A program made the translations under genes and the position numbers. Positions 41,992-52,345 of a DNA stretch of 64,000 bases are shown here, piece after piece (positions within the stretch are counted from its first letter, which is position 1; each line of letters begins with the position of its first letter). Where the stretch lies: NCBI GenBank assembly GCA_000004985.1, contig GG738876.1. One strand, written 5' to 3'. Under the pieces are notes generated by a model, which was given only the letters and a program-made list of their open reading frames with translations, did not search any database and had not been told where the DNA came from. This stretch comes from Naegleria gruberi. Lineage: Eukaryota.

Positions 41992-43323
41992 CTATTGGTA
42001 TGTCTCATCAATTGGTGAAATGCATGTTTCATGTTTCTTCCCAAACAAAAAACCAATTGTTTCAAAGACAGTCGCAAGAGTAACAGGTGCAAATGTGAAA
42101 TAAGAACAATGACCACAACCAAGTATTGCCAAACTGACACCTAAAGCAAAACGAGACAGTCCAAAAAAACCTACTTTAAGTTTCTCCTTAATATATAGGG
42201 CATTCACTTCCCAACTATCGGCCAATAGTGTGACTGCTATTGGAAGAGCACTCAAACATCCACCTCCCAATTTATAACACGACACTCCCAAGAATAGGGA
42301 TATTATATAATTTGATAGTAAGCTTTGGATAGTAACTGTTGGTGGCACAATCATTTTGAAAATCTTTTTCAACTCACTGATGCTTACAACTCCCAAATAA
42401 ATCCAAATTGGGAAGGAAAGATAATAATTGATCGTATTTACAAGTATATGGGAATAGCTCATCTCAATTCCAAGTATACTATACAGTAATGACTTTACAG
42501 AATACATTCCATATCCATTAAATAGTAGAATGAGTCCAGCAAATACAGGTATTGCCAAATTGGCAACGAATAAATTGACATCCTTATGAAATTTAGTGGT
42601 AAATCTATGAATATTCAATTTTCTCAATATTCCAATCCCTCTTAATAGTGAAAATGCTGTAAATCCACACCAAACACCTCCCAATAGAGTTTGCACGACG
42701 GCAAAGCAATACGGAATCCACCAAAACACTCCATTCCAATCTTTTTCACCAACCTGGTTACTGGAATACTGTCCAACACAAACCTGAGCAGCAATACTCA
42801 TCAATGTGAGTATCACACCAAACAGTACAGTTGGATCTCTCTTTGCCACACGTGCAATCAGCTCCTGAACTTTTCTATCAAAAGCAGAAAATTTAACATC
42901 CATTCTAGCAAAATAAAAAGCATTCACCAATTTCTCCTTTGAATTCAGTGCCATTCTACATTCCTCTCTCTTCTCCTCCTCACTTTTAATTTGCCTCTCT
43001 ATTATGGTGGCAGTGGAGGAGGAGGCGGTCCAGTAATCTCTCACCAAATCATAGATGGTTCCAAATGGTCGTTTTATCAATTTTTCAAATAAGAAACCCC
43101 TTCTCAAGTATTCACTTGTTTCAATCTTGATCATCTCGAATAGATTTATCGATTGATCATCATTTGTACTACTATTACTTGTATTGGAGAGAGAATTTTC
43201 AACAAGTTTTTCAAATCTCCGACAAGTATGAGATAATATGATTAAATCTCTTGGATTCCGAGAGGTAAAATTCAATATGGTGAGGAGCATTTCATCAGGC
43301 AATTCGAGTAGTGGTTGCTTCAT
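41992..43323 (-). CDS. F-box domain fused to a polytopic (about 8-9 TM) membrane domain
   Basis: The N-terminal LELPDEMLLTILNFTSRNPRDLIILSHTCRRFEKL is an F-box. From residue about 170 onward there are multiple hydrophobic helices (VLFGVILTLMSIAAQV, VFWWIPYCFAVVQTLLGGVW, LFVANLAIPVFAGLILLF, ...). 443 aa, single ORF from ATG 43323. Confidence 0.55.
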   Translation of the reverse strand: MKQPLLELPDEMLLTILNFTSRNPRDLIILSHTCRRFEKLVENSLSNTSNSSTNDDQSINLFEMIKIETSEYLRRGFLFEKLIKRPFGTIYDLVRDYWTASSSTATIIERQIKSEEEKREECRMALNSKEKLVNAFYFARMDVKFSAFDRKVQELIARVAKRDPTVLFGVILTLMSIAAQVCVGQYSSNQVGEKDWNGVFWWIPYCFAVVQTLLGGVWCGFTAFSLLRGIGILRKLNIHRFTTKFHKDVNLFVANLAIPVFAGLILLFNGYGMYSVKSLLYSILGIEMSYSHILVNTINYYLSFPIWIYLGVVSISELKKIFKMIVPPTVTIQSLLSNYIISLFLGVSCYKLGGGCLSALPIAVTLLADSWEVNALYIKEKLKVGFFGLSRFALGVSLAILGCGHCSYFTFAPVTLATVFETIGFLFGKKHETCISPIDETYQ

Positions 43324-43444
43324 TTTTTTTTGCTATTGTATGAACTTGTAAAGTTTACAATATTTTAAATATTTATTAAATATAATTAAATTCAATTATC
43401 CATATTAATACAAAAGAAATAATTTTTTAAATTAAAAAAAAAAA

Positions 43445-44275
43445 ATGGCCACACGTTCCGTGATGAAAATATTCATGAAGAGTTATATGCAATTTGCAAA
43501 TCGATACTATGTACCTTTCATGTTCAGGTTTGCATTGAAAAAGGCTTTGAAATTTGATCCGAATGTGATGAGTGGTCGACAATTATTGAAAGATATCAAG
43601 GATGAACAGGATATTTTGCTCCGATCACAAACTACAAGGAGTTTCATGGAGAAGGAAGCTCGTGAGAGGAATATGACTGATGATAGTTGGTTGCCTTTGG
43701 TTTGTCAATATATTGCATCGAATAAGGTGTTGGCTAGGGGGTTATTTGAAGGTGATGAAGCAAAAGCCATGTTGTATATTAATGATAGAGCTATTTCACC
43801 TCCTGTGGAAAGAATGATGCAATTGGTTTTGGGAAAAAAGAATCAGAAAGGTTTACTAGGTGGAATGTTATTTAGAAAGGATGAACAGAATGAAAATTCG
43901 GATGTTTTGGGAAATATGTGGACATTGATGTGTGTTACAAATGAAATGTTGCAATGTTGGATATTATCTCACGAAATTTATAATGAAATTTCTGAGCAGG
44001 ATGGTCATGTACATAGGGTATCTTCAATTAAGGTTCACGACTGTATGCTCAATAGATTTTTCAGAGAGCATGAGGCAACTCATTTGATGCCAGTAATTTG
44101 CTCTTTTGACTCTGTGTGGGCTAGGAATGCTTTTGAGAATACTGGATACAAATACAGAAGAAATCAAACACTCAGCTTGGGAGGAAATCATTGTGCGTTT
44201 GATTTTTCGAAAGGTTTCGAAGAGAATGAGAAGGATGTAGTATTGGATGAATTGGAAAAAATAAGAAAACAATAA
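43445..44275 (+). CDS. hypothetical protein with an HExxH motif (REHEATHL), possible small zinc-metallopeptidase-like protein
   Basis: 276-aa ORF from ATG 43445, after a 13-nt A-run. HEATH is followed 30-40 aa later by conserved acidic/His residues (GGNHCAFDFSKGFEENE). Not assignable to a specific peptidase family by eye. Confidence 0.3.
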   Translation: MATRSVMKIFMKSYMQFANRYYVPFMFRFALKKALKFDPNVMSGRQLLKDIKDEQDILLRSQTTRSFMEKEARERNMTDDSWLPLVCQYIASNKVLARGLFEGDEAKAMLYINDRAISPPVERMMQLVLGKKNQKGLLGGMLFRKDEQNENSDVLGNMWTLMCVTNEMLQCWILSHEIYNEISEQDGHVHRVSSIKVHDCMLNRFFREHEATHLMPVICSFDSVWARNAFENTGYKYRRNQTLSLGGNHCAFDFSKGFEENEKDVVLDELEKIRKQ

Positions 44276-44287
44276 TGAAAATGACAA

Positions 44288-47200
44288 TTAATTTAATTTG
44301 TTCTTTTCCATTTCACTTTTAAGGATATTGGCCAACTTGTAAATATCAGGAAGTTGGAGATTTTGCTGTATCTCTTGAGGTATGTTTAGGGAGTAGTTGT
44401 CCTCGTGATTGTAAGAGTTGTTAAATAAATTATTTGGGTGTGACTGAAATTGAATACTTTCAAATAATTGGTTAGATCTTCTTTGCTTGAACAGTTCCAT
44501 TCTTTCAATAAGATAGGCATACTTATCATTTCCGTATCTATCTTTCCATGTATTTAGCGCATTAATATCCAAATCTATCATATCCAAGAGTTGCTGCTCG
44601 AATTGTGATATAACTTGTTTGTGAGCTAATGGATTTTGAATATCTTGTGCACTGAAAGTTGAACCAAAGTAATTTGAAAGCTCCAAAGTTTCTACAATGG
44701 AAGCAAATGGAAGTTGTGAAATTTCTGAAAGTGCCTCCAACAATTCTAAATGAACCTCAGCCGCACTCGCAACTGAATTCATCAAGTTTGGTTTCAACAA
44801 TTCAAAATTCTCAATAGTGGTACATTTTGTAACAACATTGGAGAGTTTTAAAATTTCAGAATTGAGAAAATGTAAAACTCCCTTATTTGTCATTGTGGAA
44901 TTAGGGGAGGAGTTCTTTTGGGTTGCTTTGGTCTTTCTGTATACTTCCTTAACAAGGAATAACTTGGTACCAAAGACAAACAAGTTGAAAATACACAAGG
45001 CCAATGGTAGCTGTAAATCATTGAATTTTCTTCTCTTTTCATGTTCTCTGTAAATCTTGGAGAGGTTATCGATTATTTCCATGTATGAGGATAGATTGTC
45101 TAGGGTTGGTTGTACCTCTGTTAACATGTGAAGTACATGCTTAGGGATTCTGCCTGTGATATATAAATGCATATCAGCCAAAATTTTACAAAAGTAAGAA
45201 CTGAAAGAATATCTCTTGAAATTGGATGAGTCCATCTTTACAAGTCCATCAGAGAGATGAAAAGTACCCTCTGGACTGACTTTACCCAACAGTGACAAGT
45301 CATTTGATGTTTCTGGTGATTTGATAGCAAATGGTGGATCGATACGTAACATGACAGGATATTGATCCTTGCCACATGCATCAAGAGTAATTCCACACAA
45401 AATTCTAAATTTGAGCAATTTAAAATCAGCCTCCTTTGGAAGTCTCTCATAAATGTGACGAGTAGGTGATGATTGAGTATTTCGAAGTAAGAGCTCAGTT
45501 GAATTAATTCCCAAATTTTGCATAATATTCTTAATATTAGGATCGTCAGCATGTTTGGTCATTAAATCCCTCAAAGAATTATCATTTGAATCTATTACAT
45601 ATTCTTCCAGTCTATCAAAGTCAATCTTGTGTCTATTTCCAAAGTAAAAATCAACAAAGTTCAAATAAAATTTTGCTGTATCAGAATCTCCCTTGCTTGC
45701 GCAATAAACAGACAAATGACAATATGTAGTAGCAACCAAAATATTTGACCAAGAATCAAAGAAATTAGCAAGGCAATTCTTTGCCTTTTGGAATGATAAA
45801 AATCCCTGTTGATCGTGTCCCAATGCCTGACAAGTTACAGCATGAATAGAGTATAACAGAGAAAGAATTTCAGGAGAGTAGTTTGAATTACTGTCAATAC
45901 TTTCGCTCTCAAATAAAGCTTGCTCTATTAAATTAATGTCTACAAGTGAATATCCTAGAGAAATTACTCCTTCATAAAGTTCAATAGTTTTCTTCCTATA
46001 AGCAGCAATATTCAATTTTTCAGCAATTTGATTTTGGAAAAATGGTAATTGTGAAGTGTTTGATAGCATTTCAGTCCAGTTAATTCCATGTTGATCCAAA
46101 TTATTTGAAAATCCCATTTGTGAGGCAAGAATTCGTTTAAGCTCATCTGTAAACTCTAAATGAACATCATTATTCTTACTTGTTTGTGGATATGGTTGAT
46201 ATCTAGAGTTATTGCTGTTGTTTGTAGTTGCTACCACTGTTGTTGATGAACTAGCTTTGGCTGATTTAGTATTTGATTGATTATTATGTCTTCCCTTCTT
46301 TTTTGGTGACCTGTAAAGACAATCAACACCTCTTTTTGTGCATTGCGAACAAGAAGGCCACATTTTATCACACTTTAAAGTAATAAATATTAATTTGTTG
46401 TTAAATTGTTATTCACTTACCTTTTTGTGCCTACTTCTGCAGTTAACACAAGCAATTGGGAAATACATCTTCTCAGGATCTTGATTCAACTCGAGTGAAC
46501 CAGGATGTGGCACGTGTTCATCTTGATTATTATCCATAGGCTTTTCTGTCAAACTTCCATTACTGCTGCTTGTAATCATTTGGTTATCATTTAAATTGGT
46601 AACATCCAAACTAGGGTTTTGGTTATTATTATTAAACATATTGGATGAATTAGATGTCGTTACTGTTGTTGGTTGAAGAGTGTTAATGATTTGTTGTAGT
46701 ATCTCATCGTTTGAATTATTCATATTTACTGTTGATACATTGTCGTTCGGTTTCATATAATTATTTACATCAGAAAGTAATAATTGTGTCATATTATCCA
46801 TATTATTGTTGTTATTCATATTATTGTAATTGTTATTATTATTATTAGAAGGGAAATATTGATTTGTTGATTGTAACAATTGGTTTAAATCGAGATTATT
46901 CAATAAATTATTATTAGTGGAGGGGTTTGGTTGATTAATGGCTTTAGGAGTTTGTAATCCCATCATTAAATTTTGAACAATACTTGATGAATCCATAGTA
47001 CGAGAATTTAATTGACCATTTGATGTTGATGATGGAATTAAGTTATTGTTACTACTTGAATATTCTCCACCATTTTGCTGTTGTTGTTGTTGAGAGAATA
47101 ACAAATTGATGAGCATATCCTGTTGATTGTTTGTTGTATTCATCATTGATTGTCCTCCAACAGTGTTATTATTATTGCTTTGATTTGTTTTAAAGGAGGA

Positions 47201-47623
47201 AGGAGTATTGCCGATGATGTTTTCCAATGATAATGCTCTATTCATAGAAGAGGAGGTTGCTGTTGGATTGTTTAGTTGTGTGGATGGAGATAGAAATTGT
47301 TGGTGTACACTCGACGATAGATTCAAAGTATTGGTGAGTTGGCTGTTCAATCCATGTGGTGGACTATTTTGGGTGTTCGTAAATTGTTGACTATTAATTA
47401 GGTTTTGGAGTTGCTGTTCGAGCAATAAATTTTTATTATTGTTATTACTCAAAGATCCATTATTATTATTATTCAACAGTGTCGTTGTTGTTGATATGGA
47501 CGAATTGTTTGTCGTGAGCATCTGTGATGATGAGGAATGCTGCAGCGATTGTTGCTGTTGTTGTCCAGAGTTTGATGGTTGTTGGTTTGTCCTCATTTTT
47601 TTTTGATGATGTGAAACAATCAT
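44288..47623 (-). CDS. GAL4-type Zn2Cys6 transcription factor with a long poly-Asn/Gln/Ser N-terminus, 2 exons (46421..47623 and 44288..46372)
   Basis: A 48-nt intron (gtaagt...ctttaaag) splits the zinc cluster: ...FPIACVNCRSRHKK|CDKMWPSCSQCTKRGVDCLYRSPKKKGRHN. Downstream is a helical, middle-homology-like region (LLYSIHAVTCQALG..., FYLNFVDFYFG). Confidence 0.75.
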
Positions 47624-47805
47624 GGAAAGGATAAACGTATTTTTGTGGCCAAATTTTCCAGTTTCTATTTTTTTCCTAGAACATATTGGGCATTACATAC
47701 TATTTGAAAACAAGTGGACACATAAAGAAAGTAAGGAACAAAGTTTGGTAAGGATCCTTCTGTGTAATGGAAGAAGAACTAAGCTGGTTGGCCCACTCTA
47801 TGTTA

Positions 47806-49994
47806 CTAACGAGTATGTAAAAATCTGTGAGGATGATTTCTCTTGGTTTCTTCATAAACTTCCAAACAAAATCCAACATGCATTTGAAGGTGAAGATATC
47901 TTCTGTGTAAAAGTGGTGACCTCTCTGTCATTTGTTTGAGGTTTCTCAGGTCTTGATAGAGATATTGAGCGAGCTCTTCTACGTAATCATACAATAAATT
48001 AATGCTTGGATCATTTAGTAGATTGGATAACACATCATAGTGAATCTTGGCAGCAACTTCAACTGAGTAAATAACAGGGAGTTGGCAATACTTGAAAAAT
48101 GGTAATTGGGTTACCTTGGTAATTTCATTGGCGGCAGAGGTTATATCTGCCGAAGAAGATATTCTGTACTTGTGTTGTTTGAATAGAATCAAAGCTTTAA
48201 CTCCAAGACAAACAACAAGGAATGTGTAGGTACGATCAGAATTCATACTTGAAAATACCTTCACAATCATGTCCAATTTTGTCATTATTTGTTGAACTGG
48301 TTCTTCCAAGCTGAAAAGTTGTGGCCTTCCAGAGTGGGACATAATAGATGACCTAAGTTGGTTGAATGTAGGACTGCTCACAGCAGTATTGAGACACGCA
48401 ATGTGCTTCTCAACAACAAATTTAGAATACTCATCAAAATCTAAAATGTCACCAAATGTCAAATTGTTGACAATTTTCTTATTAATTGCATCAATCTCAC
48501 TTTCCACAACATCTGTTAGTGAGGATAATTAGAAAATTAATAACCAAAATTTAACAACATACCACTCAAATAGAATAATTCTGAAACACATAGACCTTGT
48601 CTAATAAAACTACAATGTTCATCCATGTCCTTTTCTCTTTCTTTCAAATACCATGTGCAAATAGAATAGAAATATTTGGATCTTGCCACACAATCCAAAT
48701 AACATTTAGAGTTGGCTGCTTTTGAACATGCTGTGGCTGAAGAACATTTGGATGGACTTTTGCATTCAGCACTCAATAGATAGTATGCCATCAACGTGTA
48801 CGTATAAATGACAGAACTGTCATTGGTTTGATCGAAACACTTGGAAATGTGATCTCTTCCCTTCTCGAAAAATATTTTAGCAAATCCCATATTACCAATC
48901 CTGAAGAATGAAATAGCATGCATTAAAAACAAGAATGCCAGCTTGGAGTTTCCTAGGGGCTCTCTAGGGTCAATCTTGTCTTCCAGCTCGCTCTCTAGGT
49001 CAGTTTTTCCTGTAATAGAAACACTGAGCCAATACATTAATTCATCTCTGTTGGATGGTGGGACCATAGAATAGGAAAGACTCTTATACACATCTAATGA
49101 AATATTGTCAAAATATTTTCTATCAAGCTCAATTTGTCGTAAGTTATTGAGATAGGCTCTTTCATTGATATACCTTGATTCTCTTTTCACTGGAATTGGA
49201 ACTGATGGAGGTGATTCCTTCCTTTTGGATATTGTTTTGCTCTTTCTCTCAGTAATTACAGATGAGTCATCAACAAATTGATACTCTACAACACCTGTCA
49301 ATGAATTATTCGAATTTAGTATGGTTTTTGGACCTCTTTTTCTTGCTTGAGCATAAACACATTGCTTTTGTGAACGTAGACAATTGGAGCAACCAGGATA
49401 AGCCACACGGTCACACTTTTTGTGATTCAACTTGCAAAAGATACAAGCATTATTCATCAATACAACATCTACATTTGTTGATTGAGCTGTTATTGAATCT
49501 ATATTTGAAGGACTTGTTTTATCACATGAATTAGAGGCTTTAGAAGATGCTGTAAATGTTGATGAACTCTCGGATGAGTTGTGTACAAGTAAACCTGTAT
49601 TCAGCATTGTGAATGGAGTATTTACCTGTGTAAGATTGAAGAAGTGATCAGTTGTATTGTTGGTAGTGTTTGTTGGTAATGTTGGAGTCTTCTTCTTCGT
49701 ACTTACAAAGGCTGGATTGAAATTGTTTTCCATTTGATTATTACTCCTCATCACATCACTTGATGAAGTGGCTGATGAGGTTGCATGATGATTAGATTGT
49801 TGCGCCATCATTTGTGTGATGTTATTGTTGGAGAACATGTTTTGTGAATTAAATAAGAGGTTTGAGCCAACATTAGGAAGAGTCACCCTTTCGCTCTGAC
49901 CAGTCCAGGAATTTGTCTGTTGGCATGTTGACGAAGAAGGCTGCTGATGCAAGTTCAAATTAAATTGCTGATGTTGTTGTTGATGATGTTGCAT
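47806..49994 (-). CDS. GAL4-type Zn2Cys6 transcription factor with a poly-Gln/Asn N-terminus, 2 exons (48563..49994 and 47806..48512). It is a tandem neighbour of the 44288..47623 gene.
   Basis: ACIFCKLNHKKCDRVAYPGCSNCLRSQKQCVYAQARKRGPK. A 50-nt intron (gtatgt...taacag) joins ...ELFYLS|DVVESEIDAINKK. The true ATG is at 49994; the track starts at an upstream TTG. Confidence 0.75.
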
Positions 49995-50557
49995 TATCAA
50001 AGGCTTCCGAAATGTGTGTTGATAACGATGAAAAATCTAATGGTGAACACCTCCTAAAAGATATATTAACAAATCGCAAGATGCAGCTGTATGCAGATTC
50101 GCTTTTTTAGAGAGAGGTACAGCTGATGAGAGCAAGAGAGCTTGGAACTTGTATTTTTTTGTTGGAAATCGCCGTTACTCTCGTGGCCAGCAACTCCATG
50201 CTTTGTGTCAGATTGTATCTGAAAATTTCACTATTTTGGAGTTTGAAAGGTGAGATTCAATTTTTTTAAGAGATAAAACAGACGCTTCGTTAGGTTGAAA
50301 TACAATACTAAAAAAGATCTTTTTTTTTTATATAAAACAAAAACTTGGTGAACCGAGTTTTTGAATTATCGACAATTGTATTCAATGTTTGAATAGGAAT
50401 TAACTTTAACGTGAGATATTCCATATTGGAATCAAAGTTATGTTATTATTGGTGATCAAGCTCATTATGAAAAGAATTCTTAATTAGCAACCATTCCAAG
50501 CTAATAAGTTGCCAAGTTGTGATCGAAATTTAGGAGTTTATTGATTTTCGATATGAA

Positions 50558-50932
50558 TTACTTGTCAACTGACTTGGACATCTTTTTGAGAGTTTTCTTG
50601 AATGCTTTTGATGATTCATCCAAACATTGATTTGCTTTCTTTTCAGTTTCTGCATGAAGAATGCATTGTGCCATTGGTAAACTCAAAGCTGATTTACAAT
50701 AATCCAAACAGCTCTGTTGCCATTTCTTCATGGAATCTCCCGATTGTTCTTGAATGGCTTGATGAGATGATTTTTTAATATTTAAAATCTCCTCTCTGAG
50801 TGTTACTTGTTTGTTCTTATCATAGAGAAGGGGAACGAGATGAGAACAAACTGTTTCGCATTGATCTTGGTTGGTTCCTGTTCTTCTCAATTGCTCCTTC
50901 ACTTCTTTGGTGTTCTTTTTGTCTTTGCCCAT
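50558..50932 (-). CDS. small Cys-containing helical protein, 124 aa (possibly FAM136/DUF842-like twin-Cx-C protein)
   Basis: MGKDKKNTKEVKEQ...QCETVC...SCLDYC...AQCILHAETEKKANQC shows spaced Cys pairs in predicted helices. The family call is tentative. Confidence 0.3.
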   Translation of the reverse strand: MGKDKKNTKEVKEQLRRTGTNQDQCETVCSHLVPLLYDKNKQVTLREEILNIKKSSHQAIQEQSGDSMKKWQQSCLDYCKSALSLPMAQCILHAETEKKANQCLDESSKAFKKTLKKMSKSVDK

Positions 50933-51077
50933 TTTTTTTTTGAAAAGATTGTTGTTTGAAGGGATCGTCCATTTTGGGTTTAACTTGATTTGTGTGTTTC
51001 GTATTTGTTGATTTACTTAATGAATTAAAAACCTTACATAGCATTTTCCAACAAGTATAAAGCTAAAAAATTACAAC

Positions 51078-51150
51078 CGCCCCACGTGGGGCTCGAACCC
51101 ACGACCGTTGGATTAAAAGTCCAACGCTCTACCGACTGAGCTAGCGGGGC
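51078..51150 (-). tRNA. tRNA-Lys (anticodon UUU)
   Basis: The minus-strand read GCCCCGCTAGCTCAGTCGGTAGAGCGTTGGACTTTTAATCCAACGGTCGTGGGTTCGAGCCCCACGTGGGGCG folds as a cloverleaf. It has a 7-bp acceptor stem, D-arm GCTC/GAGC, anticodon loop CTTTTAA, and T-arm GTGGG-TTCGAGC-CCCAC. 73 nt, no intron. Confidence 0.9.
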
Positions 51151-51292
51151 TGCTCATGAGTAATGAAAATTAATGTTTCTTGAGGCTAATAACGAAACTA
51201 ACTCTGAATTATTACGTTGCAATTGGTTTGTTATGTCTGAAATTACAAATTATTGCTATTTGGTATCTTCATATGAATAATAGTTTGAAAAA

Positions 51293-51847
51293 ATGATGCG
51301 TAAAGCCACCGTGGAAACGGAACAACCTCTTCATGTACAAACTTTTGATAAAATAATAGAAGATGTGATGAGCAAGGAAGAAATTACTCTCCCAATCGGA
51401 TTGTGTATTGAAGATTTGGAAATTTTGTGTGAGGCAATTAGTAATGTTTCTACTCTCCGAAAATTGACCTTCATCGGAGAACTTTCTGGCATACAACAAC
51501 AAGAATCTAGTTTTGTTGATGAGGAACAATTTGAATTAATTTCAAAATCAATTTTAGGAGGAGCCAGTAGCTTGCAATCCATCGGGTTCTTGGCAATGCA
51601 CTTGAGAGATGATCATTTAAATTTCTTCTTGAATATTGCTAAAAGTTTGTCAGAAACTAGCTTGCCTGTTTCTTCATTGGAATCGATTGTTTTTTGTGGA
51701 AATGAATTTACTGCTGAAATGACAACAACAGCCACTTTGCAAATTAAAGAAATCTTTAAGAATGTTAAGGAAATACATATGGATGAAACAACAAGAGTGG
51801 ATGAATCTGCCTCTATTTCTCAACAAGTTTCAAACTTGGAGCTCTAA
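51293..51847 (+). CDS. small Leu-rich-repeat-like hypothetical protein, 184 aa
   Basis: Repeated LxxLxL-type segments (ITLPIGLCIEDLEILCEAISNVSTLRKLTFIGELSGIQ...LQSIGFLAMHL...LESIVFCGNEF). No further assignment. Confidence 0.3.
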   Translation: MMRKATVETEQPLHVQTFDKIIEDVMSKEEITLPIGLCIEDLEILCEAISNVSTLRKLTFIGELSGIQQQESSFVDEEQFELISKSILGGASSLQSIGFLAMHLRDDHLNFFLNIAKSLSETSLPVSSLESIVFCGNEFTAEMTTTATLQIKEIFKNVKEIHMDETTRVDESASISQQVSNLEL

Positions 51848-52345
51848 TACATTTATATTCTTTAGTTCAAATTATAATACATGTTTCAAAAATTATGCAG
51901 ATTCTATTCCAACATGTTATGGAAATAACTCTTATTCTTGCTTCCTATCTATCTCTTTTCAAGGAGCTGGAAAGTTTTCATCTTTTGGATTACGATACAA
52001 CTCAAAGTTTAATCCATTCTAATTGGAATAATTCTAATCCTCACCAATAATCTGTAAAGACATTTTAAAGTGGTGTAAATAATTATTTGAAAAACTGATA
52101 ATACAATCACTTTCCAAAAACATCCTTACAATTCTTCCTTCCTTTCATGGCTTTCTTTTTAAATTACGAATGTTGACAACAGCAAACCCAAAAAAAACAA
52201 TCGTTCATTACGACGACAATTAATCATCTGTTTTCGTTCTGTGGAAGTGACATTGTTTTCCATCTTACCACACAATCCATTATTCAACAATTGTGTTCGA
52301 GGTGTCAACCACAAGTGTTGTTAGTTGACCATCATCATCAAAAGC

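Noticed and set aside
47622-47939. 105-aa ORF on the plus strand that partly overlaps the 3' end of the minus-strand Zn2Cys6 gene
   Set aside because: It has no A-rich start context, its codon usage is non-coding-like, and it overlaps a well-supported gene on the opposite strand.
50105-50140. Hammerhead-ribozyme-like CUGAUGAG core (acagctgatgagagcaagagagcttggaac)
   Set aside because: After a possible 4-bp stem II, the sequence reads GGAAC rather than the obligatory GAAA, and no stem I/III pairing partner is evident. This is most likely coincidental.
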